Positions 57,348 to 64,000 of a stretch of 64,000 nucleotides of DNA are shown here, piece by piece. Below the pieces are notes generated by a model that was not told where the DNA came from, made no database searches, and saw only the letters and a program-made list of their open reading frames with translations. The position numbers and the translations under genes are program-made. The stretch lies in NCBI GenBank assembly GCA_951406725.2, contig OX597843.1, positions 7,750,001 through 7,814,000 of the forward strand, written 5' to 3'. Within the stretch, counting starts at the first letter, position 1. Every line of letters begins with the position of its first letter. The DNA comes from Octopus vulgaris (lineage: Eukaryota).

Positions 57348-57371
57348 GAGACAAAAGAATATGTGAGCTTG

Positions 57372-57402
<31 letters not shown>

Positions 57403-57451
57403 TATATATATTTGCGTAAATATATATATCTAAACATATATGTATATATAT

Positions 57452-58995
<1,544 letters not shown>

Positions 58996-59147
58996 CACGG
59001 ACACACACACACACACACACACATATACATAAATATATATTTGTGTGTGCGTGTGCGCGCGCGTGTGCGTGTGCGCGCGCGTGTGCGTGTGTGTGTATAT
59101 ATGTATATAAATAAATAATGATATTATTATTCATAAATGATAATAAC

Positions 59148-59397
59148 ATAGGTGGCTAGTTAATGAAAAAGGCAAATATGTAATTAAGCTTACTAGAGAG
59201 CTCCGGTTTTACTAGAAATAACAGTGAAAATCGACCCAATTAGCTACAAACTTCAAAGGTTTCGTCAGCTTGTTAACTTTCAGTGCTTGTGGTTATTAGA
59301 GTCGATTTTGACACTTATTTCTAGCGAAACTGGTGGTATCTAGCACACTTAATTATATATTTGCTGTTTGGTTATTTTTCACGAACTAGCCACCTAT
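59148..59397. mobile_element. Foldback MITE-like element
   Basis: Perfect 14-bp termini ataggtggctagtt / aactagccacctat, with inner arms gcaaatat..taattaag, ctagaaataa and aaaatcgac mirrored. Confidence 0.7.
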
Positions 59398-59472
59398 AGT
59401 ATAATTATTTGTGAATAATAACATCACCATTTTATATATATATATATACACATACATACATACATACATACA

Positions 59473-59536
<64 letters not shown>

Positions 59537-59597
59537 GAAATCAGTTTGAATTCCGTCATCGGCGCTATATTCGATAGCTTTACTGATATATATATAC

Positions 59598-59671
<74 letters not shown>

Positions 59672-60062
59672 CGGTTGCAGGATCTCGGTTTCGATTCCCA
59701 GACCGGGCGTTGTGAGGGTTTATTGAGCGAAAACACCTAAAGCTCCACGTAGACATAAAACATATAGCAAAACTTGTTTTCAAGCGAGAGTTAGGGACAT
59801 ACACAAACACACACACACACACACCCACATGTATATATAGTTCAAATTTGCAGAAAATAAAAGACGAAGACAGGTGAGCAGGTGAGGGAACAGGAAGCAA
59901 ATATGTTAGTTTGACGCTCGGGAAGAGTGGAAAAGTCCTTGACTTTTCGAACCTAGGCGCATTGACAGAAAGGATTGAGTGCAAATGGAGAGAAAACGGA
60001 AAAGAAAAAAACGGAAGGAAAAATAAAGGGATTAAGGGTTCAACATGATGCATGTATATATG

Positions 60063-60480
60063 TATTTCTTTACTACCCACAAGGGGCTAAACATAGAGGG
60101 GACAAACAAAGACAGACAAACGGATTAAGTCGATTACATCAACCCCAGTGCGTAACTGGTACTTAATTTATCGACTCCGAAAGGATAAAAAGGCAAAGTC
60201 GACCTTAGAGGAATTTGAACTCAGAACGTAACGGCGGACGAAATACCTATTTCTTTACTACCCACAAGGGGCTAAACACAGAGAGGACAAACAAGGACAG
60301 ACATGGGTATTAAGTTGATTACATCGACCCCAGTGCGTAACTGGTACTTAATTTATCGACCCCGAAAGGATGAAAGGCAAAGTCGACCTCGGCGGAATTT
60401 GAACTCAGAACGTAACGGCAGACGAAAAACGGCTACGCATTTCGCCCGGCGTGCTAACGATTCTGCCAGCTCGCCGCCTT
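60063..60480 (-). mobile_element. Nin-domain SINE-E with tandemly duplicated body (~186 bp x2)
   Basis: Head aggcggcgagctggcagaatcg at the right end; bodies 60063-60246 and 60248-60428. Confidence 0.85.
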
Positions 60481-60662
60481 TTATATATGCCGCATGTATA
60501 TATGCATGTGTGTGCGCGTGCATGTGTGTGTGTGTGTGTGTGCGTGTGTTTGTGTGTGTCCCTTACTCTCGTTTGAAAACAAGTGTTGGTATATGTTTTA
60601 TGTCTACGTCAAGGGAGTTCCTCTATAAAAGTGATGGCCAACATTCGGAACGACTAACGTAT

Positions 60663-61078
60663 TACTCTTTTACTCTTTTACTTGTTTCAGTCATTTGACT
60701 GTGGCCATGCTGGAGCACCGCCTTTAGTCGAGCAACTCGACCCCAGCACTCATTCATTGTAAGCCTAGTACTTATTCTATCGGGCTCCTTTTACTGAACC
60801 GCTAAGTTACGGGGACGTAAAACATATCAGCATCGGTTGTCAAGAGATGTTAGGGGGACAAACACAGACACACAAACATATACACACACACACATATATA
60901 TATATACATATATATGACAGGCTTCTTTCAGTTTCCGTCTACCAAATCCACTCACAAAGCTTTGATTGGCCCAAGGCTATAGTAGAAGACACTTGCCCAA
61001 GTTCCCACGCAGTGGGACTGAACCCGGAACCATGTGGCTCGTAAGCAAGCAGCTTACTACACAGCCACTCCTACGCCT
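60663..61078 (-). mobile_element. SINE-A full copy
   Basis: Complete head to tail. Confidence 0.88.
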
Positions 61079-61628
61079 ACCTTTTTTTCTCCTATGTGTT
61101 CGGTATGTGGAGCTGAGGTAGAAACAGAAATTCTCGCTCCGAACTCAAAATTAATAAAGATAAACCTAATTCTGTATTCCGAAGAAATTTTTGCCGCTAC
61201 AATCATTGTAGCCATTAATATATCTCACCACAACAAACGCGGCCATATTGAACCGCTATTAAACAATAGAAAATAGATGTTTGCTGAAGTATTTTTACAC
61301 AATAAAAATGTCACGGTATTGACCGCATAAATACCTACCAGTTTAATTGGGATCGATTACAAAACCATCGATTCTTATGGTTGGTAACACTCTGCTTAGG
61401 ACATTATTTTCCACGTAGTTGATACAATGCTGTCGCCAATTTGCCCGTTATAAGTACAACAGATGACTAATGATTGTTACGCAATCTCTGAATATTTGAC
61501 AATGCAATCACTGAATTAGAATTTTCTTACGCGATTGATATGTCAGCATTGTTGATGAAGCGCACGTAAGGTAGCATAATTAGATATCATGTAAGCTAAA
61601 TCTCCTGTACGGTTTTACTTGAAATATG

Positions 61629-61731
<103 letters not shown>

Positions 61732-61909
61732 ATACATACATATATATATGTATATATATACACATATACATATGTATATATACATATATGTATATATATA
61801 TATACGTATTTGAGAGACTATGAGCATGTGGTGTGTGCGTATGTATGTATATGCATACATGTGAGTGTGCATATGTATATGTGAGTATGTATATGTGAAT
61901 ATGTATATA

Positions 61910-61962
<53 letters not shown>

Positions 61963-62084
61963 GTATATACATATATACATATATATATACATACATATAT
62001 ATATATATACACACACATATATATCTGTTGTATATATGGATGTGTCCATCTATATGTATCTATTTGTTATACTATCTCTCACAC

Positions 62085-62106
62085 TCGGAAACTGAAAGAC
62101 GCTCGT

Positions 62107-62159
<53 letters not shown>

Positions 62160-62330
62160 GTATGAATTTGTGTGTCTGTGTTTGTCCCTCCCCCACCACC
62201 GCTTGACAACCGTAATCTAGCGGTTCGGCAAAACTGACCGATAGAATAGGTCCTGCAGTCGATTCGTTCGACTAAAGTCGGTACCCCACTATGGCTGCAG
62301 TGAAATGACTGAAAAAAGAAATGAAAGAAA
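62085..62330 (+). mobile_element. Degenerate SINE-A
   Basis: ggaaactgaaag...(TA)n...gcggttcggcaaaa...aaatgactgaaa. Confidence 0.7.
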
Positions 62331-62333
62331 AAA

Positions 62334-62403
<70 letters not shown>

Positions 62404-62417
62404 TCTCTCTATCTATC

Positions 62418-62482
<65 letters not shown>

Positions 62483-62519
62483 GCGTGTTTCAGTGTGTGC
62501 GTGTTTGTGTGTGTGTGTG

Positions 62520-62569
<50 letters not shown>

Positions 62570-62885
62570 GAAGTGCCTACGGTGAAAAGTGTCAAAATTA
62601 TAAGGTTTCCTTTTGCGATATGATATTACGCAAGCATGCAGCTATACGTCTAATTGTCCGTGTATCTGTCTTCCTCTCCCTCTGCCCCCTCTCCCCTCTC
62701 TCCCCCTGCCCCCTCTCTCTATATGTATATATATATATATACATTTATATACATATAAATATATATAAACATAATTTTATACATCATTATTCATCCGTCA
62801 GGAACACACGCACACTCACACACACTAACACGGACACATACATATATGTATATATATCTAAAGCAGTCTATATCCATATAACTAT

Positions 62886-63065
62886 ATTCTTTTCTACTCT
62901 AGGCACAAGTGCCCGAAATTTTGGGGGAGGTGGGGGCCAGTCGATTAGATCAACCCCCTTCCCCCAGTACGCAACTGGTACTTAATTTATCGACCCCGAA
63001 AAGGATGAAATCAAGTCGACCGCTATGGAATTTGAACTCCGAACGTAAAAACAGACGAAATGCAT
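62886..63065 (-). mobile_element. Nin-domain SINE variant
   Basis: ctggtacttaatttatcgaccccgaaaaggatgaaa...gtcgacc...gaatttgaactc. Confidence 0.7.
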
Positions 63066-63154
63066 ATAACTATATTTTAACTGTGTATATATATATATAT
63101 ATATATATGTTCGTGTATGAGTGTGTGTGCGTGTATATATGCCATTAACTATGG

Positions 63155-63188
<34 letters not shown>

Positions 63189-63251
63189 TTACATATACAT
63201 ATACATATCTCTATATACATATATTCATATATACATAAGTGTATATATATG

Positions 63252-63326
<75 letters not shown>

Positions 63327-63432
63327 TACATACACACACACACATATATATATATTTATATAGAGTTAAACGCAGGTGTTATTTAAATCTTTAAAGTCTA
63401 TATGTATGTACATACATACATACATACCTATA

Positions 63433-63507
<75 letters not shown>

Positions 63508-63568
63508 CTATATATATCTATATCTATCTATATATCTATCTATCTATCTATCTATATATATATATATC

Positions 63569-63637
<69 letters not shown>

Positions 63638-63639
63638 CT

Positions 63640-63843
63640 TTCTGCCTGTGTGTCTTTGTGTGTATGTTTGTCTCCCGACCATCGCTTGACAGCCGTTGGT
63701 TTGTTTACGTGGGTTCGGCAAAAGAGACCGATAGAACAAGTACTATCTTTACAAAGGAGAAGACCTGGGGCCGATTTCTTCGATCAGAGGCGCTGCTCCA
63801 GTATGGCCACAATCAAATGACTGAAACAAAGTAATAAAAGAAT
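63640..63843 (+). mobile_element. SINE-A 3' half
   Basis: Body and tail caatcaaatgactgaaac. Confidence 0.75.
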
Positions 63844-63889
63844 ATACACACACACACACATATATACACACATACATATATATATATAA

Positions 63890-63945
<56 letters not shown>

Positions 63946-64000
63946 GTGCGTGTGTGTGTATACATATATATATATATATACATATATACACACACATGTA

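Noticed and set aside
61080-61620. Exon in the longest unique-looking stretch
   Set aside because: No convincing long ORF or recognisable motif on either strand; a lone gtaag is insufficient

Overview
Eukaryotic, gene-poor, extremely microsatellite-rich DNA ((TA)n, (CA)n, (TACA)n, (TATC)n, (CCA)n, (GAT)n, (TAA)n). The repeat families look like those of a coleoid cephalopod, most likely Octopus; this is recalled from SINE sequences, not verified. No host protein-coding gene is supportable, and nearly all ORFs in the track are translated microsatellites. The window is a mosaic of mobile DNA. (1) About 25 full or partial copies of a tRNA-derived SINE with an internal microsatellite ('SINE-A'), plus other SINE families including a chimeric one with a 12-bp TSD. 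(2) Three 3' fragments of a CR1/L2-group LINE whose 3' stem-loop is shared with SINE-A. (3) A (TAA)n-targeting non-LTR element. (4) Non-autonomous Helitrons and MITEs, one of them tandemly amplified. (5) A degraded Penelope-type GIY-YIG endonuclease fragment. The most striking signal is about ten minimal type I hammerhead-ribozyme motifs in short, often inverted-repeat, Penelope-like inserts. Many have palindromic stem III, and several carry non-canonical cores (U3-A8 covariation, C4, U6/C6). All folds were made by eye and need computational and biochemical confirmation.
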